From contig OX597815.1 of assembly GCA_951406725.2 (NCBI GenBank), forward strand, positions 179,986,001 to 180,050,000: a stretch of DNA of 64,000 nt, written 5' to 3'. How positions within the stretch are numbered: position 1 is the stretch's first letter; each line of letters begins with the position of its first letter. The stretch is from Octopus vulgaris (Eukaryota). The notes below the pieces were generated by a model. The model searched no databases, was not told the origin of the DNA, and saw only the letters and a list, made by a program, of their open reading frames with translations. Of the stretch, positions 39,753 through 52,992 are shown piece by piece. The translations under genes were made by a program, and so were the position numbers.

Positions 39753-40490
39753 TGAACTAACTACAGAACTCTACCTAATCCTGTTAATTCACTAGACCAT
39801 CCAACTGAGTACCACTTCCTCAAGCAGCTCAATAACTTCTTACAAAAATGTCTTTGTCAGCCAAACAGCATCTTCAAAAATGTATCACCTCTTGTCCAGA
39901 ATTCTGTACAAACAGAATGAACAGATTTTTTTTTTTTGTGGAAAATAGATTATTATTGTTGAGAAAAATGTGTAATTTTTAATGGCTATTAATTCAATTA
40001 ATAAGATTTATTCTAAGTTAAGGCCATTGCTTCAAAGTTGAAGGCTAAAAATTGCAATTATTTTTGCACTGAGCTAATATGTAAATGTCAGAGATTCTAG
40101 TTGTCCAATAGTTAACTCTAACTCTTAGGGTATTAAATAGTTGAGGCAAACACCACATAGACAGAATGTTACTCAATAAAAGGTAGCTTTCAAGAAGTTC
40201 TAAAGCCTATTTGTGGCAAATGTATTACGAAACCACACAAAGATAAATGTCCCAATGCAAAGAGATGACAAAATGCTAGCATAATATTTCAGTTTGTGAT
40301 ATATGAGCTGAGAGTTCAATCCATTTTCATTTCCCCTTTTTATTGCAAATCAGGTTTATGTTAGGCACCTTGTATCATCTGAGAAACAATTAATATTTGG
40401 TTACTTTCTACATGCAAAGATAAGGGTAGTAGCAGACTGATAAAATAAGCATTCGTCTTAAAACTAAGTACTCACATATAAAAGATGAAA

Positions 40491-40777
40491 CATTATTTAC
40501 ATTTGACGGCTATTTGTCCTCATCTTGTGAAGGCTGGAGGGTATATCAGCCGAAACGTGTTAACAACAAGCAAGATGAGGACAAATATCTGTCAAATATA
40601 AATAACGTACCTAATTCCTCATCTCTTAAATATAGAACTGAAATATCCATCAAATGTAAATAATGTACATAATTCCTCAACTGAAATATCCGTCAAATGT
40701 AAATAATGTACATAATTCCTCATCTCTTAAATATAGAACCGAAATATCCATCAAATATAAATAATGTATATAATTCC
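40491..40777 (+). mobile_element. Penelope-type end (family B) with inverted 5' piece and tandemly reiterated 3' tail
   Basis: 40491..40528 is the reverse complement of 40571..40607; contains tgaaggctggagggtatatcagccgaaacgt; aaatatcc.tcaaat.taaataatgta.ataattcc repeated four times. Confidence 0.7.
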
Positions 40778-41254
40778 ACCTAAAGTGCAATTCATTGAGT
40801 TTTCATATTTCTTTATGCAAATCACTGTATTTGTAGAAGTTTCTCTTGATTAAGAAAACATAATGTTACAAGCTCTTGGCAACATGAGCCTTCAGGTGAT
40901 CAAACGTTTCATTACACTCATCTGAACTTAACCTCAACAATTTAGCCTCAGCATAACAATAAAGTAAAAATGGCAAGGCTCTAGAGGATTATTGCAGGAC
41001 TTTTATTCAGTGCTTACACATGGTATCTGTTAACCTGTTAAATTGTGTATTTGTATAGTGTATACATGCAGCCACATGTAGGGGAGCATGTGTTAAATCA
41101 AACTTCTTACTACTGTTGTAATTTTGGTACTTGACACTAATTTCTTGTACTACATAGGGGCTTAGATCCTCTATGAAAAAATATATTAAAGTAGCTGCAC
41201 TTATCATATTTTTAGACAATGCTTGAAGTTTCTGCATATTTTATGGACGTCTGT
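40778..41254 (-). pseudogene. Candidate large decayed exon (RRP*NMQKLQALSKNMISAATLIYFFIEDLSPYVVQEISVKYQNYNSSKKFDLTHAPLHVAACIHYTNTQFNRLTDTMCKH*IKVLQ*SSRALPFLLYCYAEAKLLRLSSDECNETFDHLKAHVAKSL*HYVFLIKRNFYKYSDLHKEI*KLNELHFR)
   Basis: Strong acceptor ctctttacatctcatatttattatag at 41255; about 158 codons in one frame with five stops; cut by the Penelope fragment, with a donor (gtgagt, 40475) just beyond it. A stop-free sub-exon 41018..41170 (catag ... T|gtaagc) is also possible. Confidence 0.6.
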
Positions 41255-43723
41255 CTATAATAAATATGAGATGTAAAGAGGTGTAGAATATAGAATATAT
41301 TTCTGATATTAGGAAGAAGAAAAAAGATAAAAAGATAAAGTTTTTCTTGCAAGAGAGCTCACAACTATCGGTGATGGACAACTGAGCACTTCTCTTGACA
41401 TAAAGTATACAATGTTAACTTACATGAAAAACTGAGGACAAGTCATTTCAGAAGAGACTGGCTTTAAAAGAAAGATATTAGTCGGTGCATTTAGAAGTGA
41501 TGGATATGTTAGTATGAACATTAAATATAAATCAGTGATGCTTGTTGAAAGCAAAAGTGTTAGGATTTCATAGTGGAAGGTAGTTGCAATAGCTGCAGTA
41601 GAACAAAGAAGATCTGAGAACAAACACCCTTGCATATTAAATCGGACACGACCAAGGCACTTTGATGATGATGTATAACATAATTTCCATATTCCTACTA
41701 GAATGCAAAGAGGACATTAAAATAATACTGTGATGATAACAGAGCAACTGAACACTACTAAATATCTATAAACACACACACATACACACAAAAAAAAATG
41801 AGTGTTCTATGATGCAATATGTTAATGAGATCAAATAATAGCCTAGTTTAGAGAAATCAAACTATGAATAACACCCAGCCAGACAGTTCTTGTTCTGTGT
41901 CTGAATCTGCAGACACCAGTCTAAATATCACCAAACTCTCTGGATCCTACAAACATACAAGACACACATCTATTCTTCTCTGAGACACAAATCTTTCATC
42001 CCCAAAGCCATCTCAGCTGTGATTCTACAAATCTGTCTGCCAAGCTACTTTCTATATATGTCTTTCTGTGCTCAGATAAATATGATATTTCATATCAACA
42101 TATTATAATACCTTCAATTCCAATAGACACAATGATACCATAACCAATTCCATTCACATTTCTTATGTTTACACAAAAGAACTGTGAGGAATTCAGTTTC
42201 CTGAGAGAATACATATGATCTATGTAGAATTTTTTTTTTATTAAATGGCATCGTGCCAAAATTTAGAAAGAATCAGCGCTGTTAGCAGCATGTAAAAAAA
42301 AACCAGGCTATTTTTGAAAAATGTATCTAGTAATCACAGAATGAGAATATGTTTGTTTGTTTGTGTTTTTTTAAATTATTGAAACAACCATTAATGTTAA
42401 TAAGAGGAACTAAATACAATTGTTAAAATCAAACGAAGATAGGTACATTAAAAGAATTAGCATAAAACTGTATATTGTAATTTCAGCTTTTGGTAAATTT
42501 GTAGATTAGCTGAAAGCCAAAAACTGAAAGTGTCCATTCTAAGAAAAGATAGCATATTTGAGAATACCATCAGCAAAAAAGAAGAAAATTGAATAAAATA
42601 AACATGTTGGTGTATCTGTGTGTGTGTGTATCTGTGTGTGTGTGTGTGTGTGTGTGTGATAACGTCTGTCTAGTTTTGGAATTTATTTATTCTTTTTGGA
42701 TAAAAAATAACATTTTTCTCATTATTTACAATGTAAAACCCATGCTCATGGAAGCCTTAGGGTTGTAGTGTGTAAAAATTTTAAAAAGAAAAAGGAAAAG
42801 TTAAAAAATAAGGCAACATGAATAGTAACAACTTTGTTTAAATCAGTTTGTTTCATTTGATTTTTAAAAAGCAGGAACACACATGCGTGCACACATACAC
42901 ACACACACATACATACATGAAGCTTTGGTTAAGAGCTTCAAATATCCTGAAAATTAGTATAATAATAATATTCTTCAAAATCTGGACAGGCACAGGAGTG
43001 GCTGTGTGGTAAGTAGCTTGCTTACCAATAACATGGTTCCGGGTTCAGTCCCACTGCATGGCATCTTGGGCAAGTGTCTTCTACTATAACCTTGGGCCGA
43101 CCAAAGCCTTGTGAGTGAATTTGGCAGGCAGAAACTGAAAGAAGTATGTGTACCCTTAATGTAGTTCTCAAGGAGATTCAGTGCGACAAGGCTGGCCCTT
43201 TGAAATACAGGTACAGCAGAAACAGGAAGAAAGAGTGAGAGAAAGTTGTGGTGAAAGAGTACAGCAGGGTTCACCACCAACCTCTGCCAGAGCTTCATAG
43301 AGCTTTAAATCTTTTTGCTCAATAAACGCTCACAACGCCCGGTCTGGGAATCAAAATCGCAATCCTACGACTGCGAATCCACTGCCCTAACCACTGGGTG
43401 ATTGTGCCTCCGGCTATGAATATATAACCATTAATACAACCATTGACCTTCCAATTGAAAAACACAAGTTGATCCAATCAAAGAAGTCTCTTCATGGCCA
43501 CTCTGCTGCTAGAAATAGAAGCCAACTCTCCCTCAGCCCAAATAGTGATTTGATGAAATGAGGAGAGTACTTTTATGCAGTTCTCATCATCAAGATTTAA
43601 TGTCCGTTGTCCATGCTGGCATGGGTTGGACAGTTTGACCAAAGCTGGCAAGCTGGAAGGCTGCACCAGGTTCCAGTCTGATTTGACAAGATTCCTACAA
43701 CTGTAGACATGTATATATGTGTG

Positions 43724-43755
<32 letters not shown>

Positions 43756-43791
43756 CATGTATATATGTGTATATATATATATAGACATGTA

Positions 43792-43825
<34 letters not shown>

Positions 43826-44057
43826 AGAGCTTTGAGAAGAACACCCATCAAGCGGAACAAAATTGCAGTCATGGCAGATAACAGTAAACGCACCCATTAA
43901 ACTCTTGGAGTGGTTGGCATTAGGAAGGGCATCTAGCCATAGAAAACCCTGCCAGATCAGATGAATCTGGTACAGCCTTCCAGTGTGCCAGCCCAGTCAG
44001 ACTGTCCAACCTGTGCCAGCATGGACAACGGACATTAAATGATGATGATGTATATAT

Positions 44058-44090
<33 letters not shown>

Positions 44091-44114
44091 CATATATACA
44101 TATATACACATATA

Positions 44115-45254
44115 TCATCATCATCATCATCATCATCATCGTTTAACGTCCGCTTTCCGCGCTAGCACGGGTTGGACGGTTTGACCGGGTCTGGGAAGCC
44201 AGGGGCCGCTCCAGGCTCCAGTCTGAATCTGGCAGAGTTTCTACGGCTGGATGCCCTTCCTAACGCCAACCACTCCGTGAGTGGATTGGGTGCTTTTTAC
44301 GTGCCACCTGCACAGGGGCCGGAGGGTCCGGCATCGTCACGATCGGTTCGAGCATTTTAACGTGTCAGCGGCACGGGGGCAACGAGGTCCGGGGTACTTT
44401 GGGGATCGGGGTACTTTGGGGATCCAGGGTACTTTGGGGATCCGGGGTACTTAGAATGGGTAGGGGGTATGTGGAATTGCTGCAGAAAGCAGCCCGGGTC
44501 TTTGTAGTCACAGCATATCTCCAGAGATCTCGGTCCTTCGCCATTGCCTCAGTGAGGCCCAATGCTCTGAGGTCATGCTTGACCACCTCATCCCATGTCT
44601 TCCTGGGTCTACCTCTCCCCCTGATACCTTCAACTGTTTGGGAGTGGCACTTCTTCACACATCTCTCTTCATCCATCCGCAGCACATGACCATACCATCG
44701 CAAGCGTCGCTCTTGCACACCACATCTGATGCTTCTTATATCCAGCATTTCTCTCAGGATACTTACACTCTGTTTTGCGTGCACACTGACACTACACATC
44801 CAGCGGATCATGCTAGCTTCATTTCTTTCAAGTCTACGCATGTCTTCTGCAGTCACAGCCCATGTTTCATTACCGTGAAGCATGGCAGTTCGCACACATG
44901 CATCATACAATCTACCTTTTGCTCTGAGGGAGAGACCTTTTGTTGCCAGTAGGGGTAGGAGCTTTCTGAACTTTGCCCAGGCTATTCGTATTCTAGTGGT
45001 GATACTCTCTGTGCATCCACCTCCGCTACTAACTTGGTCTCCCAGGTAGCGGAAACTATCAACTACTTCTAGTTTCTCTCCCTGGAGTGTGATGGAATCT
45101 GTTTTCTGAGTGTCTGTTGTGTCTATTGTCCCTGTGCATCTGCCGCACATGAAAGCTATCTTATCTGTTAATTTCCCTTTAATGTTGCTGCACCTCTTAT
45201 GTGTCCATAACTTACATTGGGTGCATCTTATGGAGTTTCTACCTGTACCTTTCC
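44115..45254 (-). mobile_element. 5'-truncated RTE-clade LINE (RT C-terminus intact, 3' UTR, (GAT)n tail)
   Basis: ORF 44365..45254 has [50 protein letters not shown] and [10 protein letters not shown], all RTE hallmarks. Confidence 0.95.
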
Positions 45255-45704
45255 TACATACATATATATTCATATATATACATATATACACATATATATA
45301 CATATATATTCATATATACACATATATATACATATATATTCATATATACATATATATATAAGTACACATATATACATATATATATATACATACATACACA
45401 TACATACATACACATACATACATATACATACATACATACATACAATCACACACATACACACATATATATAGATACTAATGCATCATATTGGTTGTTAGAC
45501 AAGCGATCATCCAGGTGTTACCTCACCTGTTTATGCCTGTTTAAACTTCCACCAGAGCCTTGTGGATTTATACTATGATGTAATCTACAAATACATCAAT
45601 AAAATTCTACTGAAGCCAGCCTCATTTGTGTTCTTTTTATAGCTACACCACACCTGGAACCAACCTTGAGTCAGATCTGTGGTTTATATTGGGCTTGGTA
45701 CCTA

Positions 45705-45750
<46 letters not shown>

Positions 45751-46019
45751 TACCTGTAATACATTACTAACATGGGACACCTCATGGGTGTTTTCATTTC
45801 ATTGCGAAATCAGTGTTATGGTACCTAGCCATTCTTGGCAGCCTACATGTTGATGCGCCTAAATTCTAATGAATCCTTGAAGCAATCTGTGTGTGTGTGC
45901 ATTTGTGTTGCATGTGTGTATGTATGTTCGTGTATTTGTGTGTGTTTGTGTATGTTTGCATGTTTGTGTGCGTTTTTATATTTGTGTATGTGTGTGTTTG
46001 TGTGGGTGTGTGTGACGAT

Positions 46020-46210
46020 AGGGATGGTGGTGGTGATGATGATGCGGATAATTATGATGATGAAGATGATGAGGATGATGAAGATGAGGAAGAGGATGAT
46101 GATAATAATGAGGATGATGAGGATAGTGAGGATGATGACAATGGTGGCAATGGTGATGATGATGAGATGATGATGATGATGATGGTGAGGAGGAGGAAGA
46201 GGAGGAGGCA
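46020..46210. repeat. (GAT/GAG) low-complexity tract preceded by (TG)-rich repeat
   Basis: Direct reading. Confidence 0.9.
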
Positions 46211-46296
46211 GATTACCTAACACTCTAAGTTTCCTGACAGTTGACTCGTGAATTATAATACCCTAGTTTGAAACTTTGTAACTCCCATTTCATGAA

Positions 46297-46524
46297 TTCT
46301 TTGATATTTAATCCAGCCAAATCCAGACCAAATATTCTCCCAGCTTTACATTAAAACTGACCAGATCCAACCTCTCACACCTACCCTACAACATCGTTCT
46401 AAAAATATACAAACACACCACTGAAATTTTGAGCCAGGAAATAATGCATGACTAACTTAAAACAATGCAAATAAAGAAGCATTACCTTTGACAAAGGAAT
46501 CTAAAAGCTTAAAAGCTAAAAGGG
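46297..46524. mobile_element. Decayed piggyBac-like MITE
   Basis: Right end ctaaaaggg-TTAA; left end degenerate tgaa-ttcttt. Confidence 0.55.
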
Positions 46525-47044
46525 TTAATATAATAAAGATAACAAATATCATCTGTGAATTTCATGTGGCATCGCAGAGAAAATATTCTCCAGCCTCCAA
46601 ATAAAATATTGAAACTGACCATGTCAAAAGAAGCCATAATATAAATTGATTTTCTCAGTTCCAAGCTGAGACAACACTTTATGTAAATTTCATTTATTGT
46701 TCTTATCGAAAAGTCATCAGAATATTCCAAGCATGAACATTTAAAAACGGTGCCAAGTTTAGAATGATATTTGAGGACTTATATCAAAATTTCCTATTAA
46801 GTATAAATATGCTCAACCAAGTGTTTCATGCAGTAATTTATTTTGTAAAAGAAAAGTAGACAACTATTCCTCTATTGAGAATAGCCAAAAGTAAGGGAAA
46901 AAAAATTAAGCATTACAACTTCCTGTATGTCTTCCCCTTAAAAAAAAATCTCAGACTTCAAGAGTATATGAGAACTGGTCATGGGAACTATTAACTCTAC
47001 TCTAAGTGGTTGTATTTGAGATGAAGTTTATGCTAACTTTTCAG

Positions 47045-47214
47045 TAATGTAATAATAGAAAATGTTAATGCTAGTAGTGAATGCCTAATGAAGATAGAAA
47101 TGGCATTGAAAACATTCAAAGCACAGCTAGCATTTAGCTGGGATAAACCTAACGAAAACATCAATGTTCCTCCATTTATATAAGACCAAAACCACAAGCG
47201 CACAGAACCTTCTG
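47045..47214 (+). pseudogene. Candidate decayed exon (NVIIENVNASSECLMKIEMALKTFKAQLAFSWDKPNENINVPPFI*DQNHKRTEPS)
   Basis: Acceptor tatgctaacttttcag with CTAAC; one stop (TAA 47181); frame stays open to about 47283; donor uncertain (G|gtatca). Confidence 0.5.
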
Positions 47215-48939
47215 GTATCAAAGAAGAACGCAAATTTATTGATTATTTCTGTGATATTTATGTTATGTTATGTATGTATAAATAAAGCCTTGTGAGACGA
47301 TTTCATAGACAGAAACTGAAAGACATCTATCTATCTATCTATCTATCTATATATATATATATATATATATATACACGTAAAAAGCACCATCCGATCGTGG
47401 CCGTTGCCAGCCTCACCTGGCCCCCATGCCGGTGGCACATAAAAAGCACCATCTGATTGTGGCCGTTGCCAGCCTCACCTGGTCCCCGTACCGGTGGCAC
47501 GTAAAAAGCACCATCTGATTGTGGCCGTTTGCCAGCCTTGTCTGGCACATGAAAAGCATCCACTACACTCATGGAGTGATTGGTGTTAGGAAGGGCATCC
47601 AGCCATAGAAACATTGCCAGATCAGACTGGGCCTGGTGCAGCCTTCTGGCTTCCCAGACCCCAGTTGAACCGTCCAACCCATGCTAGCATGGAAAGCGGA
47701 TGCTAAATGATGATGATGATAATTATTATTATTATTATTATCATTATTATTATTATTTATTAATATTATTATATATATATATCGATTTAGGATTTGGTTC
47801 AATTGAAATTGAACCAAATCCGATGACTGGCACCCGGCCGTTGCCAGTGCCGCTGGACTGACTCCTGTGCAGGTGGCAAGTAAAGAAACACTGTTTCGAC
47901 CCTGTGCTTGAGAAGACCTATTGAGTCAAGTACATCAACATCAAAGATCAATGGAAATTGTAGTTGTGATCCTTGTGCCGGTGGCACGTAAAAAGCACCA
48001 TCCAACCGTGGCTGATGCCAGCGCCGACTTGACTTGCTTCTGTGCCAGTGGCACGTAAAAAGCACCAACTGATCGTGGCCACTGCCAGCCTCGCTCGGCA
48101 CCTGTGCTGGTGGCAGGTAATAAGCACCATTCAAGCGTGAGTCAATGCCAGTGCTGCTGCCTGGTTCCTCATGCCAGTGCCACATAAAAAGCACTGTCCA
48201 AGCAAGATCGATACCAGTGCCCTCAGACTGGCCTCTGTGCTGTAGAAGCATTGCCAGATCAGATTGGTGCAGCTGCTGGCTCTCCAGTCCTCAGTCAAAC
48301 TGTCCAACCCATGCCAGCATGGAAAATGGATGTTAAACAATGATGATGAGTATGATGATGATATACATATATATATATATACAGAATTCTTTCAGTTTAT
48401 GTGGCCGTAGCCAGCACCGCATCGACTGGCCTCCTTGCCGGTAGCACATAACAAACAGCATCCGACCGTGGCCGTTGCCAGCCTCGCCTGGCCTCCGTGC
48501 CGGTGGCATGTAAAAAGCACCATCCGAGCGTGGCCGCTCGCCAACCTCATCTGGCACCTGTGTCGGCAGCACGTAAAAAGCACCCACTACACTCACGGAA
48601 GGGCATCCAGTTGTAGAAACACTGCCAGATCTTACTGGCCTGGTGCAGCCTTCGGGCTTCCCAGACCCTAGTTGAACCGTCCAACCCATGCTAGCATGGA
48701 AAGCGGATGTTAAACGATGATGATAATGATGATGATATTACCTTGCTTGGAAACAGATGAGGGTTGCAACAAGAAGGGCAGCTTTAACCATAGAGAAATC
48801 TGCCACAACAAACTTTGCAAGCAAGGAAAAGTTCATGTTAAATAATGATGATGATGATAACATGTATATCACCAACATCATCATTTAACATCCATTTTCC
48901 ACGCTGACATTAGTTGGACAGTGTGACAGGAGCTAATAG

Positions 48940-49285
48940 GGCCAGATGCATAGCTCAGTGGATGAAAGCATCAGGCTCCCAATCATATAGTAGTGAGTTC
49001 AATTCCCAGACTGAGCTGTGTGTTATGCTCTTGTGCAAAATACTTTATTTCTTGTTGCTCCAATCACTCAGATGTAGAAACGGGATGCAACAACATTGGT
49101 GCCAAGCTGTATTGGACCCTTTGCTTTTCCCTTGGATAACATCGGTGGCGTGGAGAGGGGGAGCCTAGTATGCATGGGTGATTGCTGATCTTCCATAAAC
49201 AACCTTGCCTGGACTTGTGCATCGGAGGGAAATTTCTAGGTACAATACCATGGTGATTCATGACTGAAGGGGGTCTTTACCCTTT
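48940..49285 (+). mobile_element. SINE family 2 copy nested in an RTE 3' fragment
   Basis: Colinear with 3120..3465; tagggcca on both sides suggests a TSD. Confidence 0.8.
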
Positions 49286-49929
49286 AGTAGGGCCAAGGGC
49301 TGCATCAGGCTCTAGTTGTCAATTTTGGCATGGTTTCTACAGCCAGATGCCCTTCATAACACCAACTCCTTTATAGAATGTACTGGGTGCTTTTCACATG
49401 GCACCAGCACTGACACAGTTACAAGATACTTTGCAAGACCACCCAGCTGTGTGTGTGGGGGGGGGTAGTATTGGTAGTGGTGGTGGTCAGGAGGGGGTGC
49501 TTTGAACCAGCTGATGAGAGATTAAAGGTATAGAGGGACATGGATAGGTGTCATCGATAGGTGTCTAGAACAGACACACCAATACCACAGTCGTAAAAGA
49601 GTGGGTGGTGGGGTTGATTTAGGGATTATCATAAAGGGCACTCAGTACACTCTGGAAAATGGTTGGCATTAGGAAGGGTTTTCATGTGTAGAACGATGCC
49701 AAAACAGACAATGAAATGTAGTGTGGCTCCTGACCTTGTCAGCGCCTGTCAAACCATCCAACCCATGCCAGCATGGAAAATGGATGTTAAATGATGACAA
49801 CGATGATGATGATGATATATATGTATATGGTATATATGTATATGATATATATGTATATGGTATATATGTATATGATATATATGTATATCGTTGGTATGGG
49901 GTATGCAGTATAATCTCAGACACACAAAC

Positions 49930-49982
<53 letters not shown>

Positions 49983-50738
49983 GAGCAAGACGATGGCAAT
50001 AAAAGTTTCAAATTATACTTAACAACTTAACACCAATGCAGTTAACTGAATGATTGAATATACCTATCCAATTATTTCTCATTCTAATGCAGATCAATAA
50101 TCCGTTTCAAAGAGGTATAATGGCAGACGGGGGTATTCAAAGGAGCCATTTGTAATCTGAATATTGGTTTCACTAAAATCTTTTTATCCGTAACAATAAT
50201 CAATTAATGATCAAATATCATTGTAGATTATGTCCAGTAATATATGCAGATATCATCATCATCATCATTGTCGTTTAACGTCCGCTTTCCATGCTGGCAT
50301 GGGTTGGGAGGTTTGACTGAGGACTGGCGAGTCAGAAGGGTGCACCAGGCTCCAGTCCGATCAGGTAAAGTTTCTACAGCTGGATGCCCTTCTTAATGCC
50401 AACCACTCCAAGAGTGTAGTGGGTGCTTTTTATGTGCCACTTGCATGAGGGCCAGTCAGCTAGTACTGGCAACAACCATGCTCAAAAGGTGTTTCTTTTT
50501 ACATGCGACAAGAGCCAGACTGTCAGCACTGGCAATGACCACGCTTGAATGGACCACTGGCAATGGCCACGCTTGAATGGTGCTTTTAACGTTCCACTAG
50601 TCACAGAAAATCATGCAAACAATAAAGCATATAAAGACATAGCTGGAACCATGCACATGCCCCCCCCCCCCACATACTTATTTCATACACATATATGCTG
50701 TACATATACACACATATGTACATCAGTCTGCCTATAAA

Positions 50739-50814
<76 letters not shown>

Positions 50815-51029
50815 ATTCTGTCTTCTTTGTTTACACACACATTCTGTCTTCTTTGTTTCATTCTTTTCTATCTTGACCCAAATTGCTTAACTAAATTGTC
50901 TCCCTATCATCATGGAGGACTTCCAAGAGAGCTTTACCGATCTTTTGGGTATCACGCTGCAATATACCTTGTATATACATATTATATATTGTATACAATA
51001 TATCAATATATGACACACATTTTTTTCTC

Positions 51030-51160
51030 TCCTTGTTTCTGTGGAAGAGCGTAGGCTCGAAACATTAAAGACTTTTTCACTTCCTGAGCGTTAAACTAAT
51101 ACATCTGTTTGTTTTCTACACCACCTGTCTCGTCTTTTGTTTTTCTCATGAATTCTCCCT
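51030..51160 (+). mobile_element. Penelope-type terminal fragment (family A)
   Basis: ttctgtggaagagcgtaggctcgaaacattaaag plus shared downstream sequence. Confidence 0.55.
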
Positions 51161-51177
51161 GTATATTTATATATATC

Positions 51178-51562
51178 TCCTTTTATTCTTTTACTTGTTT
51201 CAGTCATTTGACAGTGGCCTCGCTGGCACACCGAATTTAGTTGAACAAACTGATCCCAGGATTTATTACTTGTAAGCCTAGTACTTGTCAGTCTCTTTTC
51301 CCAAACTGCTTATTTACGAGGATGTAAACACACCAACATCGGTTGTCAGGTGATGGAGAGGCGACAAACGCAGGCACACACACACAAATACACACATATA
51401 TATATGACAGCATCTTTCAGTTTACATCTACCAAATCCACACACAAGGCTTTGGTTGGCCCGAGGCTAAACTAGAAGACACTTGATCAAGGTGCCACACA
51501 GTGGGACTGAACCTTGAACCATATGGTTGGGAAGCAAGCTTCTTACCACACAGCCACTCCTA
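51178..51562 (-). mobile_element. SINE family 1, full length
   Basis: Colinear with the family consensus. Confidence 0.88.
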
Positions 51563-51620
51563 TATATGATATTTAAATATATTACATACAATATATGATA
51601 TATATATATATATATATATA

Positions 51621-52028
51621 TAGGCATAGGAGTGGTTGTGTGGTAAGTAGCTTGCTTACGAACCACATGGTTCCGGGTTCAGTCCCACTCCATGCCACAT
51701 TGGGCAGTTTCTTCTACTATAGCCTCAGGCCAACCAAAGCCTTGTGAGCGATTTGGTAGAACGAAACTGAAAGAAGCCTGTCGTATATATGTATATATGT
51801 ATGTGTGTGTGTGTGTGTGTATAAGTTTGTGTCTGTGTTTGTCTCCCCAACATCGCTTGACAAGCGATGCTGGTGTGTTTACGTCCCCGTAACTTAGCGG
51901 TTCGGCAAAAGAGACCAATAGAATAAGTACTAGACTTACAAAGAATAAGTTCTGGGGTCGAATTGCTCGACCAAAGGCGGTGCTCCAGCATGGCCACAGT
52001 CAAATGACTGAAAAGAGTAAAAGAGTAT
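51621..52028 (+). mobile_element. SINE family 1, full length
   Basis: Head ggcataggagtggttgtgtggtaag...gggttcagtccc, internal microsatellite, tail gtaaaagag. Confidence 0.9.
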
Positions 52029-52642
52029 AATATTTAGGCATGATATACATATGTAACATCAGGTGTGGCTGTGTGGTAGGATGTTTGCTTCCTAACCACA
52101 TGGTTCCAGGTTCAGTCCCACTGTGTGACACCTTAAGCAAGTGTCTTCTACTGAAGCCTCAGGCAGGCCAAAGCCTTGTGAGTGGATTTGGTACATGGAA
52201 ACTGAAAGAAACTTGCTGTATATATATATATGTGTGTGTGTGTGTATATATATATTGATCAACATCAATGGAAATTGTAGCTGTGATACCAGTGCCGCCC
52301 CGACTGGCCTCCGTGCTGGTGGCACATAAAATGCACCATCCGATTGTGGCCATTTGCCAGCCTCGTCTGGCCCCCATGCCAGTGGCACGTAAAAAGCACC
52401 ATCCGATTGTGGCCTTTGCCTGCTTCGTCTGACACCTGTGCAGGTGGCACGTAAAAAGCACCCACTACACTCACGGAGTGGTTGGCGTTAGGAAGGGCAT
52501 CCAGCCGTAGAAACACTGCCAGATAAGACTGGGATGGCGCAGCCTCCTGGCTTCCCAGACCCCAGTTGAACCGTCCAACCCATGCTAGCATGGTAAGCGG
52601 ACGCTAAACGATGATGATGATGATGATGATATATGTATATAT

Positions 52643-52673
<31 letters not shown>

Positions 52674-52737
52674 GTTTGTAGAAAACATAAATCTGAAAGA
52701 AGAATCACACTCTAAGATGTAGTGCAATGTATATTAA

Positions 52738-52992
52738 AAATGGGGAAGGCCGGTTTATGGGATTGCCTTAGGTTTCCTGTCCATAAAGGGTTTAGCTTTA
52801 TGGCATATTGTCAGATCTCAAAACCTGTTGACCCAAGACCTCTTAAAGAAAAGAGAGAAAAAACAAACAACCCTACCATATTTTTGAGAGGTCATGGGTC
52901 AACAGGTTTTTGGGATCTGACGATACACCATTAAGCTAAACCATTTATGGACGGGAAGCCTAAAGTAATCCCATAAAATGGCCTTCCCCATT

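Larger units (their letters stand above)
37524..40077 (+). mobile_element. Decayed full-length mariner (Hsmar1/cecropia-like) with three nested insertions
   Basis: TIRs agtgccaaaataatcacagtttt and aaaattgcaattatttttgcact; transposase remnants KMKCKTAETAHNINQAFG, IEADPLKITLEMAK*LNVDHST, HFLKPKLYQRK, FLNPSKTISAEKY, KGPILLQ..AQPHV and TEYHFLKQLNNFLQ occur in the order of Hsmar1 transposase. Confidence 0.9.

Noticed and set aside
45835-46223. Acidic D/E-rich and poly-Met ORFs
   Set aside because: They derive from (TG) and (GAT/GAG) repeats, with no splice or domain support.
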